Positions 1-14,609 are shown, numbered from the whole stretch's first letter. The stretch: DNA of 63,964 nt, filler included, from Kipferlia bialata (GCA_003568945.1; 3 parts of 3 records of this genome joined end to end with filler, not necessarily neighbours in it); one strand, 5' to 3'. The notes: generated by a model from the letters alone, not told the origin. A program made the numbers and translations.

Positions 1-113
1 TTCTCTCTCCCTTTCTCCCCCCCCCCCCCCCCCCCATATCCCATTTCTCTCTCTCTCTCTCTCTCAGGCGCCTATAGCAACACAGAGTCCTAACTACCTC
101 CCTCTCACACTAG

Positions 114-169
114 GCACCTTTGGCAACGTTCAGTACATGCCCAGCATGGATGACTACTACATCATACAG

Positions 170-215
<46 letters not shown>

Positions 216-1197
216 TCTCACATCGACAATAAGGAACACCCCCAGGAACGTACTCTTATGTAGTACACTATGTACCCCTCTCATGTTCTCATTGAGTATA
301 CCCCACTCCCCCCAACCCCTAGGCCCCTGGCATGACCAGTGCCCATGTTCATATGGAGGGCAGCATATACCAGAGCACAACCATGGAACAGGTAGGCTTA
401 CTTCCTTTCTCCCCCCCCCTAAGAGCTAATTGTTGTTGTACTCCCAAGTACTGTACTTGGGACCCCAGTACATCATACTCTGTCTCTTTATCCCACTAAT
501 TGTTCTTTCCTCTCCCCCACCCCCCCCCCGTCTGATGCCAGGTCACTGTGTACACCCAGTCCTGGTGCACTGAACAAGAGGTCTCATTGAGCATAGAGAG
601 TGAGGTATCATCTTGATATGATGTTAATCTGCATATTCTGGTATCATGTATACATAGGTGTATACACTGCTGACCTGTCCAGGTGTACTCCGGTGTCTTT
701 GATGACCACCCTATGCATCGACCTCTATTCCAATAATAGATGTATACATATACTTGCATTGTCATCCTAACCTTGAGTCAAGGCTTGACTAATCTCCAGA
801 TTTACTCCGGTGACTTTGATGACCACCTGACCCTCGACTTCCAAGATGGGTTCTCTAACTGTATAGTCATAGAGTTCAACACTGCTGCCACAGGTATATG
901 ATACTGTAGGATACAATCATATTCAATGTCTACAATAGGTGAGATAGAGTTCAACACTGCATCCACAGGTGGTGTATTGAAATAGTATTTACTATATATT
1001 ACACTTTGTACTATATACAATCAAGTGTCTCTCTCCCCCCCCCCTCTAGACTCCCTTATCGCTTCTTCTCACTCTATCATTCTCAACCCAGCTGGCAATG
1101 GCCCAGACTTCAGTGGGTTCACATGCATATACACAACGGACACAGGTAGCAGGACACAACATATTCTAACATCCATACGTCGTCACTCCTACATATA

Positions 1198-1240
<43 letters not shown>

Positions 1241-2472
1241 ATAGACTACATCCACACATCGTGTATGGATTCTTTCATATGACTCACCACCAGACCTCGA
1301 CACAGAGACATACTCTCTTAGCGAACCTGAGGGATCCTTCTCTACCCAGCGGTAAGAGTATATATTCCCGATGCTGATACAGTATCACACCCTCACCACT
1401 CATCATTCTGTTCCCTTCTTGATACAGTGTCCAACTCTATCTATCCTTCCTCTCTCTCACATCCAGCTACGTTGCTGACCAGTATGACACCTGGACTGTG
1501 TGCCCTACTGGCAACCCTAGCAGTGCATCTGTGACATGCACAGGCGCCACAGACCACACGGACCTGGTGAGGCTGTGTATACTATGTTTATGATACTTTC
1601 AAGAGGCCCCACTCCGTTACAAAACTCACGCTAGACTGTCCTTTGTTCTGCATCCTCCAACCCTAGACATTAACATGTCTTTATGATGCACCCTCACTAA
1701 CTGTAGACTGCCCTCTACTCTGCATCCTCCAACCCTGATGACACTGGCACTGTCCAGGGTGCACAGCAGAGACAGGCAGTGGGGAATGTCGGCTTCACAC
1801 AGGTGCAGTATACTATAGACCTTGCTCTGTGCAAACACTGGTCATTCACTGATACTATTATGTCGCTCTATATTGCGACAAGGAGACCCTGTCTTACCCC
1901 CAGACCATTGACTTCGACACTGACGTGCTGACATGGAACTGTTTCCAGGTATTTATACGCTGACCTACTCTTAGAGAACTGTCTGCTCTGCAGTGATGTG
2001 ATATCAAACGTACATAGGAGTGTCGACAACATACCCTTCATGGTTTCTTTTACATATACAGTGTATAGACATTATATATACAGTATATTTACATTATAAC
2101 TAGCCCAACCTCATACGCTCTATCGACAGCTCAACCCCAGGTCACCTTCTCCACTGATTCTACTCTGCATAGAGACAGTGGGTCAGTGACATGCACATAC
2201 ACCACAACAAAGCCAAGTGAAGACCTCTCTGGTACCCCATGGTGAGTGTGTCTCTCCTTGTGTATGTCTCTCTCTGTCTCTCCCTCTCTATGTATATATG
2301 TGTGTTGGATCTCTCATTATATCTAACTGCCAGGTGGGTATGGGTTCTGCTTGGACTGGTTGTGGTATCCGCCCTGGGTGCAGTTGGGTATCTAGTGGTA
2401 TACCCCAAGTACCAAGCCAAGCACCAGAGGATACCCCTGGTGACAGGCGAGACATACCAGGGAGTGGTGTAA
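114..2472 (+). CDS. 5'-partial multi-exon type I membrane protein with two CUB-like domains
   Basis: Spliced exons read GTFGNVQYMPSMDDYYIIQ / APGMTSAHVHMEGSI / IYSGDFDDHLTLDFQDGFSNCIVIEFNTAAT / AGNGPDFSGFTCIYTTD / YVADQYDTWTVCP / VTFSTDSTLHRDSGSVTCTY. The V-x-F-x-[ST]D...G-x-x-x-x-Y ending is CUB-like. Last exon encodes TM WVWVLLGLVVVSALGAVGYLVVY plus tail ...ETYQGVV*. Confidence 0.72.
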
Positions 2473-2804
2473 GAGGTAGACGACACTGTGTAGTTATAGC
2501 ACTTCAAATAGATTCCCTACCTTCCTCGGTCTCTGTACTGGATGATATCAATACCTGCCCTTGGAACCTGACAGTTTAGATTATTCGGCCCTGACAGACA
2601 ATTAGGACTGTTGCCGACCCCCATGTGTATGGAATATCCATACATCGAGTTAGCAGATCGGTGTCACACCGATCTGATGTCAGAAGGTGCCTTTCTGTCT
2701 CAAAGCTCTTCAGACACCGTCACAGCCTGGTAATGCAAGGTATCGGTATATCTATAGTCCAGACCAACGATAAAGTGTAGTGCTTTCCCACATTGACTGA
2801 ACGT

Positions 2805-3333
2805 ATGTATGGAAGACGTTAGTTTCAGTCTTCCCAGCCGTATCACTCCATTGCTCGTCTTCTTACCCCAGAAGTGTCTCTGTTACTCATTCTGGCTATT
2901 GCCTGGCTGTCTACAGTCTCTGCCGAGCGCAGCCAATGGCACATCACACACCCAGACACCAGCGGTGAGTGATTAGGTGTGAGTCTTGAAAAGTCAAGAT
3001 TCAGTATAGTGCTCATATACTCTTTGTTCGTGCTAATGCGTACCTTTCTGACCTCCTAATGCTACTATGATCTGACTCATCTAAAGTATGGACGCATTAT
3101 TCGGTTCGCTGTTACCACATTCACCTCTTATTCCCCAGGTACATTCACCAACACCCAATCAATATTCACCCCTTATTCTCCAGGTGCATTCACCAGTGTG
3201 GAGTACTCTACCATATTAACCTCTCACTTCAGGGTCATTCACCAGTGTGGAGTACAAGCCAGACATGCTGGATGTGTACAAGATACAGGTGCCCTCTCTT
3301 ACGTCGTCAAAGCGTCTTGTGTATGATGCCAGT

Positions 3334-3366
<33 letters not shown>

Positions 3367-5352
3367 GTACAAGCCAGACATGCTGGATGTGTACAGGATA
3401 CAGGTGCCCTCTCTCTCTCTCTCTCTCTCTCAACTCTTGGTATATCTCTGTGTACCCTGCAGTACACCTCTTCGTCCCACCCCCAGGTACCAGGTATGAC
3501 CAGTGTCCAGATAGACATCGAGGGGAGCATCGATGAGCACAGTGTGCAGGAGCAGGTTAGTAAACCTCCTGTACTTCGGAGTAATAGTGCCACAATTCAT
3601 ATCTGAGTATCGTACTCACACACTCTCTCTCCATGTACTTTTCGTATCATGTGAGTCACATGATTCATGTGACTGTTGTGCTAACCGCTTTCACTGTGCA
3701 CACTCTGTATATATCCCTGACCCCAGATAATTGTCTACGAGAACTCTGTGTGCACCGACACCAGTACATCGTATGGATCCCACATTAGGGTACGTGACAT
3801 CCCTGCCTCTGATATGGAATAGCCATGTATTGATAGGCTTACACGTGAACAGAGTCCATCCGCCATTTGCCTCTCTCACTCCATTGTACCTGACCCCAGA
3901 CCTACGACGGTGACTTCTCCGATGCGTTCAATGTCGACTACGACCTGACTGACAACAACTGTGTCATCATCACGTTCAAGGCAGCCACTACTGGTACGTG
4001 GTCTGTATATATTCCACCCCAACACATAGAGATAGATTCACTAGCATCTTCACATACGTGGGATTAGTATAGTGGCACACTCATACTACATATGCCTCTC
4101 TCTCCTTCTAACCCCAGCTGGTACTGGACCGGACACCAGTGGGTTCAATGTACGCTACACTGCAGACACAGGTGATATAGTGTTCTGAGACTCTGTTGAA
4201 TTCAGTATACAATATACATGAGTGACAGGAATATGCCTCCAGCAGCAATTACTCACCCAGCCTTAGACATCCAGACGCACACTCTTACCGACGCTAACGG
4301 GTCCTTCTCTCTCGAACGGTGAGTCCCATGGCTATGGTCTCACACACGATAGGCCAGGAGTATCTTGTCCTTACAATTTCCTTAGGTCCAATTAATTCTC
4401 CATGTCTGACCCAGCTATGTGCCAAACCAGTTTGACACCTGGACCGTATGTCCTGAGGGGTCACCCACCCAGATACGCACAGTCTGCTCTGGTGATGTGG
4501 ACCCATCGGACGAGGTATGTGATGTTGCCCTTGGCTTCAGTACTTAACTGCAATGTACTCGTACACAACTGCTATATTCCTGACCTCACTCCAACCACTC
4601 TCAGTAACAGTATATATGTACTTGACCTATCCCTGGAGTGCTTCCTCTCACCCTCCAGCTGCGTGTGTACCAGTTCCACTCAGACACCTCAGATGGGTAT
4701 GGGGACATACAAGGAGTTGAGGAGACAGCCTCTGACGGTATAGATTTCACCCAGGTATATTAATCTACTGGTACGGTGGCTGCCGCAGTGCCGCATTATG
4801 GTATATACAGGGTACCATGATTTCACACTGCACCACAGAGATATACCCTATTTACCTCTTCTCAATCATTCATACCTCTCACAACAGACACTCCACTTCG
4901 CCTCAACCATCGTGCCCTGGAATTGCATCCAGGTATAGTAGAGTGATTATGCATCCTCACTTATCTCTGTTCCCATACCCCCTCGACGAGGGCCTCGTCC
5001 TCTCATTTACCCCAGTACACATTTGCCACTGGCTCTACTCTCAACAGGGACAGCGGAGACTTCACATGCACCTTCACCACTGTGGATACCACAGACGGCA
5101 CCCCATGGTGAGTATATGGCACGTATATGTGTGTATATATGTGAGCAGGTAGCTCTATATGTATCATTGATACATTGTTTCTTACTACTAACACATAATT
5201 ACTAATCTCACCCCAGGTGGGTCTGGGTCCTTGTGGCATTCGCTGTAGTCCTTGCCCTAGGGGCAGTTGGGTACTACATCTACCCCAAGTGGGAGAAGGG
5301 GCAGAAGACAAGTCAGCCCTTGATGGAGGGTGAGGCGTACCAAACAGTGTGA
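2805..5352 (+). CDS. Multi-exon CUB-like type I membrane protein, paralog of the upstream gene
   Basis: ATG 2805; signal peptide MYGRQVSLLLILAIAWLSTVSA; exons TYDGDFSDAFNVDYDLTDNNCVIITFKAATT / AGTGPDTSGFNVRYTAD / YTFATGSTLNRDSGDFTCTF; TM and tail WVWVLVAFAVVLALGAVGYYIYPKWEKG...EAYQTV*. Intron positions match the upstream paralog. Confidence 0.75.
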
Positions 5353-5599
5353 GTGGGTTGTGTATGAGTAGGATAGTGTGGTAAAAAGTTATACAGCAGT
5401 GATGTATAATACAACACACACCATATCTCATTCCCAAAATAGATAGCTGACACATTGTTCCAAAGTAAGAAGCGCTTGATGTTTGTTTTCAACGATTCTC
5501 TTGTCCAATATCGCTGGTTGAGTGCTACAGCTCAATCAGTTCCACAAAAATGATGGTTAATGATTTATGATTAACAATGATCTATCTATATACTACTGA

Positions 5600-8500
5600 T
5601 CACACCCTAGCATCACTGAGCCCACCAGAGACCATCTCTCCATACTTCATACCCTTGGTACGCCTCCTGAGATACACCTCCCTCCCAACAATGTAGATTG
5701 CACACACAACAAACAGGCCCCACCCTAGTATCTCACCAATGGGTGTAGGTGCATCGGGTACACGCTGGACATCCACTGTTGTAGACAGCAGTGGGTCACT
5801 ACCTAGACCACCCCCTACGTACACTGAGAGGTTCACTGGACCTGGGGTCAGGACAGCACCGATATAGTATAGGTCGCGTGGCTGTATCACTGCAATATTC
5901 TTGATATATATATGTATATATACATATTTACGTACCTGTCTCTGTCACTACGAATGAAGCAACGAAGAACCGAGCCTCAGGGTACAGTCTGTATGTAGCC
6001 CCACTGCCACCCACCGAGAGTACAACAGGGTCAAACACCTGCACGTATCCACCTGTCTCCACATCGTTGAGTGCAACGGAGACCTCAATGGTGTCTCCCA
6101 TGATGGCAGAGGCAGGTGCTGATACGCTGGATGTGGCACTCAGGTGCAGGGTGTCAGACACTGCGTCGAGGCAGATGTAGATATCGCCAGAGACCTGAGG
6201 TGAGGTATTTGAGTAGTGCCTTGTTGCCGATGAATATGTAATTCACGTGTGTGTGTGTGTACATGACTCTCACCTCCTGGGCCGAGTCGAGTTCAGTGGC
6301 AACTACAGTGTACACACCCTCATCCAGAGGAGGAAGGGTGGCGTCATAGACCCCAGAGACAGTAGTGTCACCCTCTGTATAGCCTGTGTACACTGGGTAA
6401 CCAACCGAGTCTGTGATAGTGACATGTACATCCAACCCTGCCATTGCAGACCCACAGGTATCGAGGATAGTGATAGACAGAGTGCTCTCCTCTCCACCCT
6501 TTGCTCCTCCGTCGACACTGGATAGCTCACTGGATATGCTAGACACTACCTCGGAGTCACTGCTTGCCATCCACTGTCCGTTGATATAGACAGAGAGGGA
6601 CTGGGTACCCACGGCAGATGGAGCAGTCAGCTCTACACTGTAGGTATAGGGGTCATCGTCGAGGGGTCCCATAAAGGTGACAGGATGAAGACCTGCACTG
6701 CCAAGGTCAGCATCACAGTCCCAATACACCTGCATGTCAATGATATTTGTAAATATAGCAATACACTGCTAAAGTGTAATAAATTTGGCATATGATTAAC
6801 GAGATACCGCATACTACTGCACCTGAAGGCTGTCTGTCATGTCACCCGTGTAGACATCACCATCCACATCCAGAAGGGTGAATGTTGCCGGTGTAGTAGA
6901 AGCACAGCGAGACATTGTTGTGGGCACAGCGAAGGAGTCCAGCTGTAGAGAGAGAGGTGCGGTCACAGCAACACCCTCATCTGTCCCTATGTACACTGTC
7001 TCACCATCAGAGGAGAGGGCTAGGGAGGTAACATCACCTGGGGGGTTAGGTCCATCAGAAGCCATCCGTCAGTATTCTACTCTTACGGGTTGTACCATAC
7101 CTTCCCAATCTAGTAGCACTGGTATGTACTGGGGTATTCTGGTGTCCATGCGGTAGATAGAGACATAGTCACTCTTGGCATGACCGGCTACGGCTATGGA
7201 ATCACCTCCGATGGCAACCTGGGTCAGTATCAGTATCAATATCAGTCAGAAGAAATTGTTACATTTACATATATAATCGATATACATCTGTGCATGTATC
7301 ACATCGGATGGCAGCCTAGGGTCAGATGCCTTGAGAGACTGAAAAGAAAAGAACATGAGTATATATATACGCGCCAAAGAAGTGCAACTCCTCCAGTACC
7401 GACGGATGGCAAGAACCACATGTATTGAGAGAAAGTGGCAGTATTAGAGTGTACCTTCCACCCAAACTCCAGGGTCTCACTGGTCACTGGTCCGTGTGAT
7501 ATAGTGTTCTCACAGACAAAGAACCCCTCAGTGCGCCTGTATTCATGGACCAGACCCCCAGAAGTGGTACCAAGCACATCTGACTCGTACTCAGCAACAA
7601 CTGAGGGTCAGAGATGGTATACAGCTATGTATGAAATATGAATTTAGTATATGTAACGTGGTGTCCATGAATATAGTACAGTATACCGCATCGAACTTGT
7701 AATCAGTAGGAATATATATCCCTTGGTACCTAGCGTGTTTGGGTACCCTCCAATGGCCTCATCGAGTGATAGTGCGTTGCCGTATGATCCACGGCCATTG
7801 AAGCCGAGGGGGGTCGCTATGTACTGGGGTTGGTGTAGAAGGATAATCGAAACAACGAATGATACCATCCTCATCAAGCACAGTCTCCAAGTAAATGTCA
7901 TCTGCTCTCTATACACATGCATACCTGCATATACCCCCCGTCTGCACTGTACCAGTCTATCTATAGACTCACACTCTCTCTCTATATTCCGCATATATAT
8001 ATATGTGTACTATAAGATACATACACTTCCTAACCTGCATATACCCTCCGTCTGCACTGTGCCAGTCTATCTATAGATTCTCTCCCTCTCTCTATTATAA
8101 TATATATATAACTATATATACATACACATACCTGCATGTAACCCCCGTCTGCACTGTACCAGTCTGCCACACTGGTGTCATAGATGACAACCTGGGGTTT
8201 AGGGGAAGAAAGACATAGAGACAGAAGATAGTAGTAGTGTGAATCTCTATACACTCATAGTAACTGGTGTCATAGATGACAACCTGGGGGTATGAATAGG
8301 CATGTAAAGGAGAGAGATCGGGTATATGTACACATATACACTCACATAGTAACCAACGGTAGATGACAACATATGATAAGAGAGAGAGTTCTGGAGAGAG
8401 AGGGAGTGGGCATATGAGTCTGTATTCATATACACTCGCACAGACCCCGTAAATGTCGTGACAAGTACAGAGCAAGATAGTGCCAATTGGCTTGAAGTGG

Positions 8501-10555
8501 CGAGTATTCGGTATAGTAATCTTGAGAGCTTAGACTATACCTTGCTTCCGCCACTGGTAGGACTGCCATTGTAAGCTGTTCCTGCGTGAGAGATGGAGAG
8601 ACAATAATGAATCATCATCATTATTATTATTAATGATAAATCTATCCATACTGACTTCATAAATATGTACAGGGAGAGCAGGATGATGCCGTAACACAAC
8701 CAGCAAGCTCACGTATATGCAAGTAAACTCTCTACAACAACACCAGTCATATACACTCTCTACCTACGCATAGTATGTTGCCCTCGTATGCAAGCTTTCC
8801 AGCCCCCCAATACATGTTATTGGGGGTAGGTACCGCAACAGCTGCCCCCCAGTCACCGTCCTCATCCCTGACAGACACATACAGACCTGGGGTTAAAACA
8901 GATTCAGTAGAAAAGATGATAACTCACAAAATGAGTGTAACTGTGTGTGCAGGACGTCATAACAAGATCGTCATCTGAGTACAGTACAACACAGGTGAAT
9001 GCATATCTGTGTGGATACATATGGTTTGTATACCTGTCCGTGAAGACACCACTAGATAGTCATCAGACAGCACAGTGTAATACAGATGAATGTATATATA
9101 TATATATACAGTATGATGTATGATATGCACACCTGTCCTTGACGACACCACTAGATAGTCATCAGAGAGAGCAACCTCCTGGCCAAAGTACACGTCAGTC
9201 TCCTGGGGTGTGAAAGAGACAGAGTGTCATTGTGACAGGGTGAGAGAGAGATACTATGTGTGAGGGTGTACCTCTGGCATGCGTATGTGCCCCTCCCTCT
9301 CCCACTCATCGTGGGTGTTGAGGCTGTACACATAGACCGCACCCTGGTCAGGGACGTCATTGACAGCCTGGGGGTTAGTCTCCTAGAGTGATAGATAAAA
9401 CTACTATATACAGGTCAACATATCCGTGTGTGTCAGTACCTCCTTGGTGCATCCCACTGCAATGGAGTCACCGTGCACGGCCACACTCACACCTGGGGGT
9501 CAATACATACATATATACCATAATCACCATAGAGAGGTGTCACTCCATACTAGATAGTAATTAAATGGTAGCACAACATGGTAGAGTAATGTATATATCA
9601 CTGAGCTGAAACGTCACCGTGCACGGCCACACTCACACCTGGGGGTCACTCAGTAATGCATTGTGAGTATCAACAAAATATTGAATATGTAACTGTGGTC
9701 TTAAATATTAAATAGATTTGAGTGTAACATCAGGAGTCTCTCTATGGCAGAGGAGACATATTGGAGTACATAACTAGTCCCTACAGAACTACAGGTACCA
9801 AATACAATCTAATGTATTCTACACTTACAATGAATATGTATATATGCTTACCGAAGAGCAGGTGCCCATCCGATGTGGGTGTGCTAGCGGGTGGGGTGAG
9901 TATGGTGTGCTCTACCCACCCTGAGACAGCTGTGTCACTGCTGGCATACACTGCCACTGGGGGTGAGACATAGATACACACTGTCAAATGGTATATGTAT
10001 CTGTGTATATGATATACACACATGTAGTCTCTCGGGATATACTGCAACTGGGGGTGAGATATTCACAATCTCCTGCATAATCACTAATACAGTATAGTCA
10101 TGTGAGGATTACATATTGACTCACCTGCCCCCCCTGTACAACAAACATAGTAGGAGTATATATGAGGATGACCCGCCTGCCCCTGTGTACAAGTCCAGTG
10201 TGGTATATATCACACTATGTAACACTATACATATAACATAGTATGAGATACACAAGAGGGAGATTAAACACTGATACTGACCCACCTGCCCCCCTGTACT
10301 CGTCCTGCCCCACACAGCCAGTGACTAGCCAGCTGGAGGGTAAGAGAGAGACAGGGGGAACACAGAAGATTGAGAGGGAGATAGTGCATGGGGGAGGGGG
10401 GGGGGTTGTTGGCTTGTGTATGGAAAGACGTGAGTATATAGAGTGCATATACCATAGTTAGTAGAGATACATGTACACACTATGGGTATACTATGCATAT
10501 ACCTGTCTCACACTGCCAGTGCAAACCCACACAGAAATAGTAGAAAGAAAGAGAT

Positions 10556-10593
<38 letters not shown>

Positions 10594-10745
10594 TACCTGT
10601 CTGACACTGCCAGTGCATACCCACACTTCATACCATGGAGACCATGGATAGCAGAATCAGCATATCAATACATATGTACATGTACACATTATGAAATATA
10701 CTATACATATACCTGTCTCACACTGCCAGTGCAAACCCACACAGA

Positions 10746-10777
<32 letters not shown>

Positions 10778-11245
10778 GTGGTACCTGTCTGAGACTGCGA
10801 GTGCATACCCACACTGAGTACTAGTACCATGTATATGATTATATTCACGTATATACATACTAAACAGTACACACTATGTATATACCTATCTGACACTGCC
10901 AGTGCATACCCGCACTGTGCAGAGGAGTCAGAGTCAGGGAGGGTGGGGGAGAGCAGGCCTGGATGAGCAGAGGAGAGAAAGAGAATATATATAGTACTTA
11001 GCCATTCAGGTAAGTGGTGGGAGAGGGACACACACACAGATACATGTACTGGGTAGGGGAGAGGATGTCTGAGATGAGCAGGGGATGTATGTCTGTGTAT
11101 GTGTGTGTATATACATATTTGCATAATGTATATCAATGGAAGAGAGAGAGAGAGAGGCTCATATATTAGGTAGACTTCAGATCTAACATACCTATGTCGT
11201 CCCATGTGGTGACCATGGATGCATGGGCACTGCACAGAAGGCATA
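5600..11245 (-). CDS. FG-GAP beta-propeller + Ig-like domains + single TM surface protein (first exon not located)
   Basis: Exons encode CGYALAVSD-WLVTG, LLFG-VSVAVHGDSIAVG, QGAVYVY, YFGQEVALSDDYLVVS, SYGNALSL, LEFGWKV, VAIGGDSIAVA (FG-GAP-like). Then Ig-like stretches (YTYSVELTAPSAVGTQSLSVYING; GVYDATLPPLDEGVYTVVA), TM ILGWGLFVVCAIYIV and a short basic tail; stop at 5600. Confidence 0.75.
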
Positions 11246-11705
11246 CTGCGGAGTCAGTGTGGGGAGCGAGGGATGGCGAAACACGAGGGGGTGACGGTGC
11301 GCAGTGGCCGGGTGGGGCGTGCGGGGAGGCCAAATGTCTGATTGCCAGGGGTATCCTAATATCACCCAATGACCAATATACTTGGTCAGAATACTTTTGG
11401 ACTTTTGTGATTTTCAACTAAATTTTTTGAATCCTATCCAAGATGAAATCACTTTTGTTAGAGGAGACTTGATGATTTTTCACATTCCTCTCAATCGACC
11501 ATATTACACCTTTCTACTGTACATATGTCCTCTGGGGCCCACGGCATGGTTAGATTCGACACCCTTTAGGGTGGAGAATGCCCGGAAAACCATGGTAACA
11601 GGCTCGGAAATACACCATCTACATAGGTGTATGCTTGAATAATCAGGTGGACTACTCTGGCGATCAGACATTTAGCTGAGACATGCAGTGACGTAAGTCA
11701 CTGTA

Positions 11706-11805
11706 NNNNNNNNNNNNNNNNNNNNNNNNNNNNNNNNNNNNNNNNNNNNNNNNNNNNNNNNNNNNNNNNNNNNNNNNNNNNNNNNNNNNNNNNNNNNNNN
11801 NNNNN
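11706..11805. other. 100-N scaffold gap between the duplicated blocks
   Basis: Run of 100 N. Confidence 0.99.
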
Positions 11806-11918
11806 TTCTCTCTCCCTTTCTCCCCCCCCCCCCCCCCCCCATATCCCATTTCTCTCTCTCTCTCTCTCTCAGGCGCCTATAGCAACACAGAGTCCTAACT
11901 ACCTCCCTCTCACACTAG

Positions 11919-11974
11919 GCACCTTTGGCAACGTTCAGTACATGCCCAGCATGGATGACTACTACATCATACAG

Positions 11975-12020
<46 letters not shown>

Positions 12021-13002
12021 TCTCACATCGACAATAAGGAACACCCCCAGGAACGTACTCTTATGTAGTACACTATGTACCCCTCTCATGTTCTCATTGA
12101 GTATACCCCACTCCCCCCAACCCCTAGGCCCCTGGCATGACCAGTGCCCATGTTCATATGGAGGGCAGCATATACCAGAGCACAACCATGGAACAGGTAG
12201 GCTTACTTCCTTTCTCCCCCCCCCTAAGAGCTAATTGTTGTTGTACTCCCAAGTACTGTACTTGGGACCCCAGTACATCATACTCTGTCTCTTTATCCCA
12301 CTAATTGTTCTTTCCTCTCCCCCACCCCCCCCCCGTCTGATGCCAGGTCACTGTGTACACCCAGTCCTGGTGCACTGAACAAGAGGTCTCATTGAGCATA
12401 GAGAGTGAGGTATCATCTTGATATGATGTTAATCTGCATATTCTGGTATCATGTATACATAGGTGTATACACTGCTGACCTGTCCAGGTGTACTCCGGTG
12501 TCTTTGATGACCACCCTATGCATCGACCTCTATTCCAATAATAGATGTATACATATACTTGCATTGTCATCCTAACCTTGAGTCAAGGCTTGACTAATCT
12601 CCAGATTTACTCCGGTGACTTTGATGACCACCTGACCCTCGACTTCCAAGATGGGTTCTCTAACTGTATAGTCATAGAGTTCAACACTGCTGCCACAGGT
12701 ATATGATACTGTAGGATACAATCATATTCAATGTCTACAATAGGTGAGATAGAGTTCAACACTGCATCCACAGGTGGTGTATTGAAATAGTATTTACTAT
12801 ATATTACACTTTGTACTATATACAATCAAGTGTCTCTCTCCCCCCCCCCTCTAGACTCCCTTATCGCTTCTTCTCACTCTATCATTCTCAACCCAGCTGG
12901 CAATGGCCCAGACTTCAGTGGGTTCACATGCATATACACAACGGACACAGGTAGCAGGACACAACATATTCTAACATCCATACGTCGTCACTCCTACATA
13001 TA

Positions 13003-13045
<43 letters not shown>

Positions 13046-14277
13046 ATAGACTACATCCACACATCGTGTATGGATTCTTTCATATGACTCACCACCAGAC
13101 CTCGACACAGAGACATACTCTCTTAGCGAACCTGAGGGATCCTTCTCTACCCAGCGGTAAGAGTATATATTCCCGATGCTGATACAGTATCACACCCTCA
13201 CCACTCATCATTCTGTTCCCTTCTTGATACAGTGTCCAACTCTATCTATCCTTCCTCTCTCTCACATCCAGCTACGTTGCTGACCAGTATGACACCTGGA
13301 CTGTGTGCCCTACTGGCAACCCTAGCAGTGCATCTGTGACATGCACAGGCGCCACAGACCACACGGACCTGGTGAGGCTGTGTATACTATGTTTATGATA
13401 CTTTCAAGAGGCCCCACTCCGTTACAAAACTCACGCTAGACTGTCCTTTGTTCTGCATCCTCCAACCCTAGACATTAACATGTCTTTATGATGCACCCTC
13501 ACTAACTGTAGACTGCCCTCTACTCTGCATCCTCCAACCCTGATGACACTGGCACTGTCCAGGGTGCACAGCAGAGACAGGCAGTGGGGAATGTCGGCTT
13601 CACACAGGTGCAGTATACTATAGACCTTGCTCTGTGCAAACACTGGTCATTCACTGATACTATTATGTCGCTCTATATTGCGACAAGGAGACCCTGTCTT
13701 ACCCCCAGACCATTGACTTCGACACTGACGTGCTGACATGGAACTGTTTCCAGGTATTTATACGCTGACCTACTCTTAGAGAACTGTCTGCTCTGCAGTG
13801 ATGTGATATCAAACGTACATAGGAGTGTCGACAACATACCCTTCATGGTTTCTTTTACATATACAGTGTATAGACATTATATATACAGTATATTTACATT
13901 ATAACTAGCCCAACCTCATACGCTCTATCGACAGCTCAACCCCAGGTCACCTTCTCCACTGATTCTACTCTGCATAGAGACAGTGGGTCAGTGACATGCA
14001 CATACACCACAACAAAGCCAAGTGAAGACCTCTCTGGTACCCCATGGTGAGTGTGTCTCTCCTTGTGTATGTCTCTCTCTGTCTCTCCCTCTCTATGTAT
14101 ATATGTGTGTTGGATCTCTCATTATATCTAACTGCCAGGTGGGTATGGGTTCTGCTTGGACTGGTTGTGGTATCCGCCCTGGGTGCAGTTGGGTATCTAG
14201 TGGTATACCCCAAGTACCAAGCCAAGCACCAGAGGATACCCCTGGTGACAGGCGAGACATACCAGGGAGTGGTGTAA
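11919..14277 (+). CDS. Duplicate copy of the CUB-like membrane protein gene at 114-2472
   Basis: Same sequence at offset +11805. Confidence 0.7.
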
Positions 14278-14609
14278 GAGGTAGACGACACTGTGTAGTT
14301 ATAGCACTTCAAATAGATTCCCTACCTTCCTCGGTCTCTGTACTGGATGATATCAATACCTGCCCTTGGAACCTGACAGTTTAGATTATTCGGCCCTGAC
14401 AGACAATTAGGACTGTTGCCGACCCCCATGTGTATGGAATATCCATACATCGAGTTAGCAGATCGGTGTCACACCGATCTGATGTCAGAAGGTGCCTTTC
14501 TGTCTCAAAGCTCTTCAGACACCGTCACAGCCTGGTAATGCAAGGTATCGGTATATCTATAGTCCAGACCAACGATAAAGTGTAGTGCTTTCCCACATTG
14601 ACTGAACGT

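Larger units (their letters stand above)
1..11680. repeat. Copy 1 of an 11.7 kb direct duplication
   Basis: Sequence and every ORF-track entry recur at +11805, with identical microsatellite lengths where compared. Confidence 0.97.

Noticed and set aside
10501..10915. CRISPR-like array (~32 nt repeats with unique spacers)
   Set aside because: The repeats are copies of an exon end plus GT donor in a spliceosomal intron. Spacers are microsatellite-rich and uneven, there are no cas genes, and the context is eukaryotic.
10657..11244. 195-aa ORF and many short YIYI/SLSL/ERER-rich ORFs
   Set aside because: Read-through of intronic microsatellites; only parts coincide with real exons.
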